Shown here: positions 42,358-55,278 of the stretch, one piece after another
How positions within the stretch are numbered: position 1 is the stretch's first letter
How the letters are laid out: every line of letters starts with the position of its first letter
DNA from: the human T2T-CHM13v2.0 reference genome, Homo sapiens
Assembly: GCF_009914755.1 (NCBI RefSeq)
Contig: NC_060940.1
Reading direction: 5' to 3' (one strand)
Length of the DNA stretch: 64,000 nt
Program-made: the position numbers and the translations under genes
Notes under the pieces: model-generated
Database searches by the model: none
What the model was told of the DNA's origin: nothing
Seen by the model: only the letters and a program-made list of their open reading frames with translations

Positions 42358-43716
42358 CTTCGTTGGAAACGGGTTTTTTTCATGTAAGGCTAGACAGAAG
42401 AAATCTCAGTAACTTCCTTGTGTTGTGTGTATTCAACTGACAGAGTTGAACCTTCCTTTAGACAGAGCAGATTCGAAACACTCTTTTTCTGCAATTTGCA
42501 AGTGGAGACTTCAAGCGCTTTGAGGCCAAAGGCAGAAAAGGAAATATCTTCGTATAAAAACCCGACAGAATCATTCTCAGAAACTGCTCTGTGATGTGTG
42601 CGTTCAACTCACAGAGTTTAACTTTTCTTTTCATTCAGCAGTTTGGAAACACTCTGTTTGTAAAGTCTGCAAGTGGATATCTTGGCCTCTTAGAGGCCTT
42701 CGTTGGAAACGGGTTTTTTCATTTAAGGTTAGACAGAGGAATTCCCAGTAACTTCCTTGTGTTGTGTGCATTCAACTCACAGAGTTGAATGATTCTTTAC
42801 ACAGAGCAGATTTGAGACACTCTTTTGGTGGAATTTGTAAGTGGAGAATTCAGCCGCTTTGAGGTCAACGGTAGAAAAGGAAATATCTTCGTATAAAAAC
42901 TAGACAGAATGATTCTCAGAAACTGTTTTGTGATGTGTGCTTTCAACTCACAGAGTTTAACCTTTCTTTTCAAAGAGCAGTTAGGAAACACTCTGTTTGT
43001 AAAGTCTGCAAGTGGATATTCAGACCTCTTTGAGGCCTTCGTTGGAAACGGGATTTCTTCATATTATGCTAGACAGAAGATTTCTCAGTAACTTCTTTGT
43101 GTTGTGTGTATGCAACTCACAGAGTTCAACCTTCCTTTAGACAGAGCAGATTTGAAACACTCTTTTTGTGGAATTTGCAAGTGGAGATTTCAAGCGCTTC
43201 GATGCCAATGGTAGAAAAGGAAATATCTTCGTATAAAAACAAGACAAACTCGTTCCCAGACACTGCGTAGTGATGTGTGTGTTTAACTCACAGAGTTTAA
43301 CCTTTCTTTTCATACAGCATTCTGGAAACCCTGTGTTTGTAAAGTCTGCAAGTGGATATTTGGACCTCTTAGATGCCTTCGTTGGAAACGGGATTTCTTC
43401 ATATAATGCTAGAGGGAAGAATTCTTAGTAACTTCTTTGTGTTGTGTGTATTCAACTGACAGAGTTGAACCTTCCTTTAGACAGAGCAGATTTGAAAGTC
43501 TCTTTTTGTGGAATTTGCAAGTGGAGATTTCAAGCGCTTTGAGGCCAAAAGCAGAAAAGGAAATATTTTCCTATAAAAACTCGACAGAATCTTTCTCAGA
43601 AACTGCTCTGGGATGTGTGCATTCAACTCACAGAGTTTAACTTTTCTTTTCATTCAGCAGTTTGGAAACACTCTGTTTGGAAAGTCTGCACGTGGATATT
43701 TTGACCTCTTTGAGGC
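42358..43716 (+). repeat. Second 8-mer HOR variant (1359 bp), same junction
   Basis: Same D3-to-D4 fusion at 43023-43077 and the same markers (CATTTAAGG, TGCTTTCA) as the first 8-mer. Confidence 0.95.
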
Positions 43717-43732
43717 CTTCGTTGAAACGGGT
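43717..43732 (+). promoter_or_regulatory. Disrupted CENP-B box (1-bp deletion)
   Basis: CTTCGTTGAAACGGGT lacks one G, so the TTCG-to-CGGG spacing is 1 bp short. Confidence 0.85.
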
Positions 43733-46700
43733 TTTTTTCATGTAAGGCTAGACAGAAGAAATCTCAGTAACTTCCTTGTGTTGTGTGTATTCAACTGACA
43801 GAGTTGAACCTTCCTTTAGACAGAGCAGATTCGAAACACTCTTTTTCTGCAATTTGCAAGTGGAGACTTCAAGCGCTTTGAGGCCAAAGGCAGAAAAGGA
43901 AATATCTTCGTATAAAAACCCGACAGAATCATTCTCAGAAACTGCTCTGTGATGTGTGCGTTCAACTCACAGAGTTTAACTTTTCTTTTCATTCAGCAGT
44001 TTGGAAACACTCTGTTTGTAAAGTCTGCAAGTGGATATCTTGGCCTCTTAGAGGCCTTCGTTGGAAACGGGTTTTTTCATGTAAGGTTAGACAGAGGAAT
44101 TCCCAGTAACTTCCTTGTGTTGTGTGCATTCAACTCACAGAGTTGAATGATTCTTTACACAGAGCAGATTTGAGACACTCTTTTGGTGGAATTTGTAAGT
44201 GGAGAATTCAGCTGCTTTGAGGTCAACGGTAGAAAAGGAAATATCTTCGTATAAAAACTAGACAGAATGATTCTCAGAAACTGTTTTGCGATGTGTGCGT
44301 TCAACTCACAGAGTTTAACCTTTCTTTTCAAAGAGCAGTTAGGAAACACTCTGTTTGTAAAGTCTGCAAGTGGATATTCAGACCTCTTTGAGGCCTTCGT
44401 TGGAAACGGGATTTCTTCATATTATGCTAGACAGATGAATTCTCAGTAACTTCCTTGTGTTGTGTGTATTCAACTCACAGAGTTGAACGATCCTTTACAC
44501 AGAGCAGATTTGAAACACTGTTTTTCTGGAATTTGCAAGTGGAGATTTCAGCCGCTTTGAGGTCAATGGTAGAAAAGGAAATATCTTCGTATAAAAACTA
44601 GACAGAATGATTCTCAGAAACTCCTTTATGATGTGTGCGTTCAACTCACAGAGTTTAACCTTTCTTTTCACAGAGCAGTTAGGAAACACTCTGTTTGTGA
44701 AGCCTGCCAGTGGATATTCGGACCTCTTTGAGGCCTTCGTTGGAAACGGGATTTCTTCATATTATGCTATTCAGAAGATTTCTCAGTAACTTCTTTGTGT
44801 TGTGTATATGCAACTCACAGAGTTCAACCTTCCTTTAGACAGAGCAGATTTGAAACACTCTTTTTGTGGAATTTGCAAGTGGAGATTTCAAGCGCTTCGA
44901 TGCCAATGGTAGAAAAGGAAATATCTTCGTATAAAAACAAGACAAACTCGTTCCCAGACACTGCGTAGTGATGTGTGTGTTTAACTCACAGAGTTTAACC
45001 TTTCTTTTCATACAGCATTCTGGAAACCCTGTGTTTGTAAAGTCTGCAAGTGGATATTTGGACCTCTTAGATGCCTTCGTTGGAAACGGGATTTCTTCAT
45101 ATAATGCTAGAGGGAAGAATTCTTAGTAACTTCTTTGTGTTGTGTGTATTCAACTGACAGAGTTGAACCTTCCTTTAGACAGAGCAGATTTGAAAGTCTC
45201 TTTTTGTGGAATTTGCAAGTGGAGATTTCAAGCGCTTTGAGGCCAAAAGCAGAAAAGGAAATATTTTCCTATAAAAACTCGACAGAATCTTTCTCAGAAA
45301 CTGCTCTGGGATGTGTGCGTTCAACTCACAGAGTTTAACTTTTCTTTTCATTCAGCAGTTTGGAAACACTCTGTTTGGAAAGTCTGCACGTGGATATTTT
45401 GACCTCTTTGAGGCCTTCGTTGGAAACGGGTTTTTTTCATGTAAGGCTAGACAGAAGAAATCTCAGTAACTTCCTTGTGTTGTGTGTATTCAACTGACAG
45501 AGTTGAACCTTCCTTTAGACAGAGCAGATTCGAAACACTCTTTTTCTGCAATTTGCAAGTGGAGACTTCAAGCGCTTTGAGGCCAAAGGCAGAAAAGGAA
45601 ATATCTTCGTATAAAAACCCGACAGAATCATTCTCAGAAACTGCTCTGTGATGTGTGCGTTCAACTCACAGAGTTTAACTTTTCTTTTCATTCAGCAGTT
45701 TGGAAACACTCTGTTTGTAAAGTCTGCAAGTGGATATCTTGGCCTCTTAGAGGCCTTCGTTGGAAACGGGTTTTTTCATGTAAGGTTAGACAGAGGAATT
45801 CCCAGTAACTTCCTTGTGTTGTGTGCATTCAACTCACAGAGTTGAATGATTCTTTACACAGAGCAGATTTGAGACACTCTTTTGGTGGAATTTGTAAGTG
45901 GAGAATTCAGCCGCTTTGAGGTCAACGGTAGAAAAGGAAATATCTTCGTATAAAAACTAGACAGAATGATTCTCAGAAACTGTTTTGTGATGTGTGCGTT
46001 CAACTCACAGAGTTTAACCTTTCTTTTCAAAGAGCAGTTAGGAAACACTCTGTTTGTAAAGTCTGCAAGTGGATATTCAGATCTCTTTGAGGCCTTCGTT
46101 GGAAACGGGATTTCTTCATATTATGCTAGACAGATGAATTCTCAGTAACTTCCTTGTGTTGTGTGTATTCAACTCACAGAGTTGAACGATCCTTTACACA
46201 GAGCAGATTTGAAACACTGTTTTTCTGGAATTTGCAAGTGGAGATTTCAGCCGCTTTGAGGTCAATGGTAGAAAAGGAAATATCTTCGTATAAAAACTAG
46301 ACAGAATGATTCTCAGAAACTCCTTTGTGATGTGTGCGTTCAACTCACAGAGTTTAACCTTTCTTTTCACAGAGCAGTTAGGAAACACTCTGTTTGTGAA
46401 GCCTGCCAGTGGATATTCGGACCTCTTTGAGGCCTTCGTTGGAAACGGGATTTCTTCATATTATGCTAGACAGAAGATTTCTCAGTAACTTCTTTGTGTT
46501 GTGTGTATGCAACTCACAGAGTTCAACCTTCCTTTAGACAGAGCAGATTTGAAACACTCTTTTTGTGGAATTTGCAAGTGGAGATTTCAAGCGCTTCGAT
46601 GCCAATGGTAGAAAAGGAAATATCTTCGTATAAAAACAAGACAAACTCGTTCCCAGACACTGCGTAGTGATGTGTGTGTTTAACTCACAGAGTTTCACCT

Positions 46701-49700
46701 TTCTTTTCATACAGCATTCTGGAAACCCTGTGTTTGTAAAGTCTGCAAGTGGATATTTGGACCTCTTAGATGCCTTCGTTGGAAACGGGATTTCTTCATA
46801 TAATGCTAGAGGGAAGAATTCTTAGTAACTTCTTTGTGTTGTGTGTATTCAACTGACAGAGTTGAACCTTCCTTTAGACAGAGCAGATTTGAAAGTCTCT
46901 TTTTGTGGAATTTGCAAGTGGAGATTTCAAGCGCTTTGAGGCCGAAAGCAGAAAAGGAAATATTTTCCTATAAAAACTCGACAGAATCTTTCTCAGAAAC
47001 TGCTCTGGGATGTGTGCGTTCAACTCACAGAGTTTAACTTTTCTTTTCATTCAGCAGTTTGGAAACACTCTGTTTGGAAAGTCTGCACGTGGATATTTTG
47101 ACCTCTTTGAGGCCTTCGTTGGAAACGGGTTTTTTTCATGTAAGGCTAGACAGAAGAAATCTCAGTAACTTCCTTGTGTTGTGTGTATTCAACTGACAGA
47201 GTTGAACCTTCCTTTAGACAGAGCAGATTCGAAACACTCTTTTTCTGCAATTTGCAAGTGGAGACTTCAAGCGCTTTGAGGCCAAAGGCAGAAAAGGAAA
47301 TATCTTCGTATAAAAACCCGACAGAATCATTCTCAGAAACTGCTCTGTGATGTGTGCGTTCAACTCACAGAGTTTAACTTTTCTTTTCATTCAGCAGTTT
47401 GGAAACACTCTGTTTGTAAAGTCTGCAAGTGGATATCTTGGCCTCTTAGAGGCCTTCGTTGGAAACGGGTTTTTTCATGTAAGGTTAGACAGAGGAATTC
47501 CCAGTAACTTCCTTGTGTTGTGTGCATTCAACTCACAGAGTTGAATGATTCTTTACACAGAGCAGATTTGAGACACTCTTTTGGTGGAATTTGTAAGTGG
47601 AGAATTCAGCCGCTTTGAGGTCAACGGTAGAAAAGGAAATATCTTCGTATAAAAACTAGACAGAATGATTCTCAGAAACTGTTTTGTGATGTGTGCGTTC
47701 AACTCACAGAGTTTAACCTTTCTTTTCAAAGAGCAGTTAGGAAACACTCTGTTTGTAAAGTCTGCAAGTGGATATTCAGACCTCTTTGAGGCCTTCGTTG
47801 GAAACGGGATTTCTTCATATTATGCTAGACAGATGAATTCTCAGTAACTTCCTTGTGTTGTGTGTATTCAACTCACAGAGTTGAACGATCCTTTACACAG
47901 AGCAGATTTGAAACACTGTTTTTCTGGAATTTGCAAGTGGAGATTTCAGCCGCTTTGAGGTCAATGGTAGAAAAGGAAATATCTTCGTATAAAAACTAGA
48001 CAGAATGATTCTCAGAAACTCCTTTGTGATGTGTGCGTTCAACTCACAGAGTTTAACCTTTCTTTTCACAGAGCAGTTAGGAAACACTCTGTTTGTGAAG
48101 CCTGCCAGTGGATATTCGGACCTCTTTGAGGCCTTCGTTGGAAACGGGATTTCTTCATATTATGCTAGACAGAAGATTTCTCAGTAACTTCTTTGTGTTG
48201 TGTGTATGCAACTCACAGAGTTCAACCTTCCTTTAGACAGAGCAGATTTGAAACACTCTTTTTGTGGAATTTGCAAGTGGAGATTTCAAGCGCTTCGATG
48301 CCAATGGTAGAAAAGGAAATATCTTCGTATAAAAACAAGACAAACTCGTTCCCAGACACTGCGTAGTGATGTGTGTGTTTAACTCACAGAGTTTCACCTT
48401 TCTTTTCATACAGCATTCTGGAAACCCTGTGTTTGTAAAGTCTGCAAGTGGATATTTGGACCTCTTAGATGCCTTCGTTGGAAACGGGATTTCTTCATAT
48501 AATGCTAGAGGGAAGAATTCTTAGTAACTTCTTTGTGTTGTGTGTATTCAACTGACAGAGTTGAACCTTCCTTTAGACAGAGCAGATTTGAAAGTCTCTT
48601 TTTGTGGAATTTGCAAGTGGAGATTTCAAGCGCTTTGAGGCCAAAAGCAGAAAAGGAAATATTTTCCTATAAAAACTCGACAGAATCTTTCTCAGAAACT
48701 GCTCTGGGATGTGTGCGTTCAACTCACAGAGTTTAACTTTTCTTTTCATTCAGCAGTTTGGAAACACTCTGTTTGGAAAGTCTGCACGTGGATATTTTGA
48801 CCTCTTTGAGGCCTTCGTTGGAAACGGGTTTTTTTCATGTAAGGCTAGACAGAAGAAATCTCAGTAACTTCCTTGTGTTGTGTGTATTCAACTGACAGAG
48901 TTGAACCTTCCTTTAGACAGAGCAGATTCGAAACACTCTTTTTCTGCAATTTGCAAGTGGAGACTTCAAGCGCTTTGAGGCCAAAGGCAGAAAAGGAAAT
49001 ATCTTCGTATAAAAACCCGACAGAATCATTCTCAGAAACTGCTCTGTGATGTGTGCGTTCAACTCACAGAGTTTAACTTTTCTTTTCATTCAGCAGTTTG
49101 GAAACACTCTGTTTGTAAAGTCTGCAAGTGGATATCTTGGCCTCTTAGAGGCCTTCGTTGGAAACGGGTTTTTTCATGTAAGGTTAGACAGAGGAATTCC
49201 CAGTAACTTCCTTGTGTTGTGTGCATTCAACTCACAGAGTTGAATGATTCTTTACACAGAGCAGATTTGAGACACTCTTTTGGTGGAATTTGTAAGTGGA
49301 GAATTCAGCTGCTTTGAGGTCAACGGTAGAAAAGGAAATATCTTCGTATAAAAACTAGACAGAATGATTCTCAGAAACTGTTTTGTGATGTGTGCGTTCA
49401 ACTCACAGAGTTTAACCTTTCTTTTCAAAGAGCAGTTAGGAAACACTCTGTTTGTAAAGTCTGCAAGTGGATATTCAGACCTCTTTGAGGCCTTCGTTGG
49501 AAACGGGATTTCTTCATATTATGCTAGACAGATGAATTCTCAGTAACTTCCTTGTGTTGTGTGTATTCAACTCACAGAGTTGAACGATCCTTTACACAGA
49601 GCAGATTTGAAACACTGTTTTTCTGGAATTTGCAAGTGGAGATTTCAGCCGCTTTGAGGTCAATGGTAGAAAAGGAAATATCTTCGTATAAAAACTAGAC

Positions 49701-52548
49701 AGAATGATTCTCAGAAACTCCTTTGTGATGTGTGCGTTCAACTCACAGAGTTTAACCTTTCTTTTCACAGAGCAGTTAGGAAACACTCTGTTTGTGAAGC
49801 CTGCCAGTGGATATTCGGACCTCTTTGAGGCCTTCGTTGGAAACGGGATTTCTTCATATTATGCTAGACAAAAGATTTCTCAGTAACTTCTTTGTGTTGT
49901 GTATATGCAACTCACAGAGTTCAACCTTCCTTTAGACAGAGCAGATTTGAAACACTCTTTTTGTGGAATTTGCAAGTGGAGATTTCAAGCGCTTCGATGC
50001 CAATGGTAGAAAAGGAAATATCTTCGTATAAAAACAAGACAAACTCGTTCCCAGACACTGCGTAGTGATGTGTGTGTTTAACTCACAGAGTTTCACCTTT
50101 CTTTTCATACAGCATTCTGGAAACCCTGTGTTTGTAAAGTCTGCAAGTGGATATTTGGACCTCTTAGATGCCTTCGTTGGAAACGGGATTTCTTCATATA
50201 ATGCTAGAGGGAAGAATTCTTAGTAACTTCTTTGTGTTGTGTGTATTCAACTGACAGAGTTGAACCTTCCTTTAGACAGAGCAGATTTGAAAGTCTCTTT
50301 TTGTGGAATTTGCAAGTGGAGATTTCAAGCGCTTTGAGGCCAAAAGCAGAAAAGGAAATATTTTCCTATAAAAACTCGACAGAATCTTTCTCAGAAACTG
50401 CTCTGGGATGTGTGCGTTCAACTCACAGAGTTTAACTTTTCTTTTCATTCAGCAGTTTGGAAACACTCTGTTTGGAAAGTCTGCACGTGGATATTTTGAC
50501 CTCTTTGAGGCCTTCGTTGGAAACGGGTTTTTTTCATGTAAGGCTAGACAGAAGAAATCTCAGTAACTTCCTTGTGTTGTGTGTATTCAACTGACAGAGT
50601 TGAACCTTCCTTTAGACAGAGCAGATTCGAAACACTCTTTTTCTGCAATTTGCAAGTGGAGACTTCAAGCGCTTTGAGGCCAAAGGCAGAAAAGGAAATA
50701 TCTTCGTATAAAAACCCGACAGAATCATTCTCAGAAACTGCTCTGTGATGTGTGCGTTCAACTCACAGAGTTTAACTTTTCTTTTCATTCAGCAGTTTGG
50801 AAACACTCTGTTTGTAAAGTCTGCAAGTGGATATCTTGGCCTCTTAGAGGCCTTCGTTGGAAACGGGTTTTTTCATGTAAGGTTAGACAGAGGAATTCCC
50901 AGTAACTTCCTTGTGTTGTGTGCATTCAACTCACAGAGTTGAATGATTCTTTACACAGAGCAGATTTGAGACACTCTTTTGGTGGAATTTGTAAGTGGAG
51001 AATTCAGCTGCTTTGAGGTCAACGGTAGAAAAGGAAATATCTTCGTATAAAAACTAGACAGAATGATTCTCAGAAACTGTTTTGTGATGTGTGCGTTCAA
51101 CTCACAGAGTTTAACCTTTCTTTTCAAAGAGCAGTTAGGAAACACTCTGTTTGTAAAGTCTGCAAGTGGATATTCAGACCTCTTTGAGGCCTTCGTTGGA
51201 AACGGGATTTCTTCATATTATGCTAGACAGATGAATTCTCAGTAACTTCCTTGTGTTGTGTGTATTCAACTCACAGAGTTGAACGATCCTTTACACAGAG
51301 CAGATTTGAAACACTGTTTTTCTGGAATTTGCAAGTGGAGATTTCAGCCGCTTTGAGGTCAATGGTAGAAAAGGAAATATCTTCGTATAAAAACTAGACA
51401 GAATGATTCTCAGAAACTCCTTTGTGATGTGTGCGTTCAACTCACAGAGTTTAACCTTTCTTTTCACAGAGCAGTTAGGAAACACTCTGTTTGTGAAGCC
51501 TGCCAGTGGATATTCGGACCTCTTTGAGGCCTTCGTTGGAAACGGGATTTCTTCATATTATGCTAGACAGAAGATTTCTCAGTAACTTCTTTGTGTTGTG
51601 TGTATGCAACTCACAGAGTTCAACCTTCCTTTAGACAGAGCAGATTTGAAACACTCTTTTTGTGGAATTTGCAAGTGGAGATTTCAAGCGCTTCGATGCC
51701 AATGGTAGAAAAGGAAATATCTTCGTATAAAAACAAGACAAACTCGTTCCCAGACACTGCGTAGTGATGTGTGTGTTTAACTCACAGAGTTTCACCTTTC
51801 TTTTCATACAGCATTCTGGAAACCCTCTGTTTGTAAAGTCTGCAAGTGGATATTTGGACCTCTTAGATGCCTTCGTTGGAAACGGGATTTCTTCATATAA
51901 TGCTAGAGGGAAGAATTCTTAGTAACTTCTTTGTGTTTTGTGTATTCAACTGACAGAGTTGAACCTTCCTTTAGACAGAGCAGATTTGAAAGTCTCTTTT
52001 TGTGGAATTTGCAAGTGGAGATTTCAAGCGCTTTGAGGCCAAAAGCAGAAAAGGAAATATTTTCCTATACAAACTCGACAGAATCTTTCTCAGAAACTGC
52101 TCTGGGATGTGTGTGTTCAACTCACAGAGTTTAACTTTCTTTTCATTCAGCAGTTTGGAAACACTCTGTTTGGAAAGTCTGCACGTGGATATTTTGACCT
52201 CTTTGAGGCCTTCGTTGGAAACGGGTTTTTTTCATGTAAGGCTAGACAGAAGAAATCTCAGTAACTTCCTTGTGTTGTGTGTATTCAACTGACAGAGTTG
52301 AACCTTCCTTTAGACAGAGCAGATTCGAAACGCTCTTTTTCTGCAATTTGCAAGTGGAGACTTCAAGCGCTTTGAGGCCAAGGCAGAAAAGGAAATATCT
52401 TCGTATAAAAACCCGACAGAATCATTCTCAGAAACTGCTCTGTGATGTGTGCGTTCAACTCACAGAGTTTAACTTTTCTTTTCATTCAGCAGTTTGGAAA
52501 CACTCTGTTTGTAAAGTCTGCAAGTGGATATCTTGGCCTCTTAGAGGC

Positions 52549-52565
52549 CTTCGTTGGAAACGCGT
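52549..52565 (+). promoter_or_regulatory. Disrupted CENP-B box (CGGG to CGCG)
   Basis: CTTCGTTGGAAACGCGT. Confidence 0.88.
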
Positions 52566-53907
52566 TTTTTCATGTAAGGTTAGACAGAGGAATTCCCAGT
52601 AACTTCCTTGTGTTGTGTGCATTCAACTCACAGAGTTGAATGATTCTTTACACAGAGCAGATTTGAGACACACTTTTGGTGGAATTTGTAAGTGGAGAAT
52701 TCAGCCGCTTTGAGGTCAACGGTAGAAAAGGAAATATCTTCGTATAAAAACTAGAAAGAATGATTCTCAGAAACTGTTTTGTGATGTGTGCGTTCAACTC
52801 ACAGAGTTTAACCTTTCTTTTCAAAGAGCAGTTAGGAAACACTCTGTTTGTAAAGTCTACAAGTGGATATTCAGACCTCTTTGAAGCCTTCGTTGGAAAC
52901 GGGATTTCATCATATTATGCTAGACAGATGAATTCTCAGTAACTTCCTTGTGTTGTGTGTATTCAACTCACAGAGTTGAACGATCCTTTACACAGAGTAG
53001 ATTTGAAACACTGTTTTTCTGGAATTTGCAAGTGGAGATTTCAGCCGCTTTGAGGTCAATGGTAGAAAAGGAAATATCTTCGTATAAAAACTGGACAGAA
53101 TGATTCTCAGAAACTCCTTTGTGATGTGTGCGTTTAACTCACAGAGTTTAACCTTTCTTTTCACAGAGCAGTTAGGAAACACTCTGTTTGTGAAGCCTGC
53201 CAGTGGATATTCGGACCTCTTTGAGGCCTTCGTTGGAAACGGGATTTCTTCATATTTTGCTAGACAGAAGATTTCTCAGTAACTTCTTTGTGTTGTGTAT
53301 ATGCAACTCACAGAGTTCAACCTTCCTTTAGACAGAGCAGATTTGAAACACTCTTTTTGTGGAATTTGCAAGTGGAGATTTCAAGCGCTTCGATGCCAAT
53401 GGTAGAAAAGGAAATATCTTCGTATAAAAACAAGACAAACTCGTTCCCAGACACTGCGTAGTGATGTGTGTGTTTAACTCACAGAGTTTAACCTTTCTTT
53501 TCATACAGCATTCTGGAAACCCTCTGTTTGTAAAGTCTGCAAGTGGATATTTGGACCTCTTAGATGCCTTCGTTGGAAACGGGATTTCCTCATATAATGC
53601 TAGAGGGAAGAATTCTTAGTAACTTCTTTGTGTTGTGTGTATTCAACTGACAGAGTTGAACCTTCCTTTAGACAGAGCAGATTTGAAAGTCTCTTTTTGT
53701 GGAATTTGCAAGTGGAGATTTCAAGCGCTTTGAGGCCAAAAGCAGAAAAGGAAATATTTTCCTATAAAAACTCGACACAATCTTTCTCAGAAACTGCTCT
53801 GGGATGTGTGCGTTCAACTCACAGAGTTTAACTTTTCTTTTCATTCAGCAGTTTGGAAACACTCTGTTTGGAAAGTCTGCACGTGGATATTTTGACCTCT
53901 TTGAGGC

Positions 53908-54921
53908 CTTCGTTGGAAACGGGTTTTTTTCATGTAAGGCTAGACAGAAGAAATCTCAGTAACTTCCTTGTGTTGTGTGTATTCAACTGACAGAGTTGAA
54001 CCTTCCTTTAGACAGAGCAGATTCGAAACGCTCTTTTTCTGCAATTTGCAAGTGGAGACTTCAAGCGCTTTGAGGCCAAAGGCAGAAAAGGAAATATCTT
54101 CGTATAAAAACCCGACAGAATCATTCTCAGAAACTGCTCTGTGATGTGCGCGTTCAACTCACAGAGTTTAACTTTTCTTTTCATTCAGCAGTTTGGAAAC
54201 ACTCTGTTTGTAAAGTCTGCAAGTGGATATCTTGGCCTCTTAGAGGCCTTCGTTGGAAACGGGTTTTTTCATGTAAGGTTAGACAGAGGAATTCCCAGTA
54301 ACTTCCTTGTGTTGTGTGCATTCAACTCACAGAGTTGAATGATTCTTTACACAGAGCAGATTTGAGACACTCTTTGGGTGGAATTTGTAAGTGGAGAATT
54401 CAGCCGCTTTGAGGTCAACGGTAGAAAAGGAAATATCTTCGTATAAAAACTAGACAGAATGATTCTCAGAAACTGTTTTGTGATGTGTGCGTTCAACTCA
54501 CAGAGTTTAACCTTTCTTTTCAAAGAGCAGTTAGGAAACACTCTGTAAAGTCTGCAAGTGGATATTCAGACCTCTTTGAGGCCTTCGTTGGAAACGGGAT
54601 TTCTTCATATAATGCTAGAGGGAAGAATTCTTAGTAACTTCTTTGTGTTGTGTGTATTCAACTGACAGAGTTGAACCTTCCTTTAGACAGAGCAGATTTG
54701 AAAGTCTCTTTTTGTGGAATTTGCAAGTGGAGATTTCAAGCACTTTGAGGCCAAAAGCAGAAAAGGAAATATTTTCCTATAAAAACTAGAGAGAATCATT
54801 CTCAGAAACTGCTCTGTGATGTGTGTGTTCAACTCACAGAGTTTAACTTTCTTTTCATTCAGCAGTTTGGAAACACTCTGTTTGGAAAGTCTGCACGTGG
54901 ATATTTTGACCTCTTTGAGGC
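53908..54921 (+). repeat. 6-mer HOR structural variant (1014 bp; D3/D5 fused, two dimers lost)
   Basis: The ORF step 54141 to 55155 is 1014 = 1699-680-4-1. D3 joins the D5 tail (CATATAATGCTAGAGGGAAG) at 54581-54610. There is also a 4-bp deletion at about 54545 (CTCTG[TTTG]TAAAG) and a 1-bp T deletion at about 54848. Confidence 0.93.
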
Positions 54922-55261
54922 CTTCGTTGGAAACGGGTTTTTTTCATGTAAGGCTAGACAGAAGAAATCTCAGTAACTTCCTTGTGTTGTGTGTATTCAA
55001 CTGACAGAGTTGAACCTTCCTTTAGACAGAGCAGATTCGAAACGCTCTTTTTCTGCAATTTGCAAGTGGAGACTTCAAGCGCTTTGAGGCCAAAGGCAGA
55101 AAAGGAAATATCTTCGTATACAAACCCGACAGAATCATTCTCAGAAACTGCTCTGTGATGTGTGCGTTCAACTCACAGATTTTAACTTTTCTTTTCATTC
55201 AGCAGTTTGGAAACACTCTGTTTGTAAAGTCTGCAAGTGGATATCTTGGCCTCTTAGAGGC

Positions 55262-55278
55262 CTTCGTTGGAAACGCGT
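55262..55278 (+). promoter_or_regulatory. Disrupted CENP-B box (CGGG to CGCG)
   Basis: CTTCGTTGGAAACGCGT, the same allele as at 52549. Confidence 0.88.

Noticed and set aside
52002-52602. Longer 96-aa and 110-aa ORFs
   Set aside because: They are created by 1-bp deletions at about 52137 and 52380 that fuse neighbouring spurious frames.
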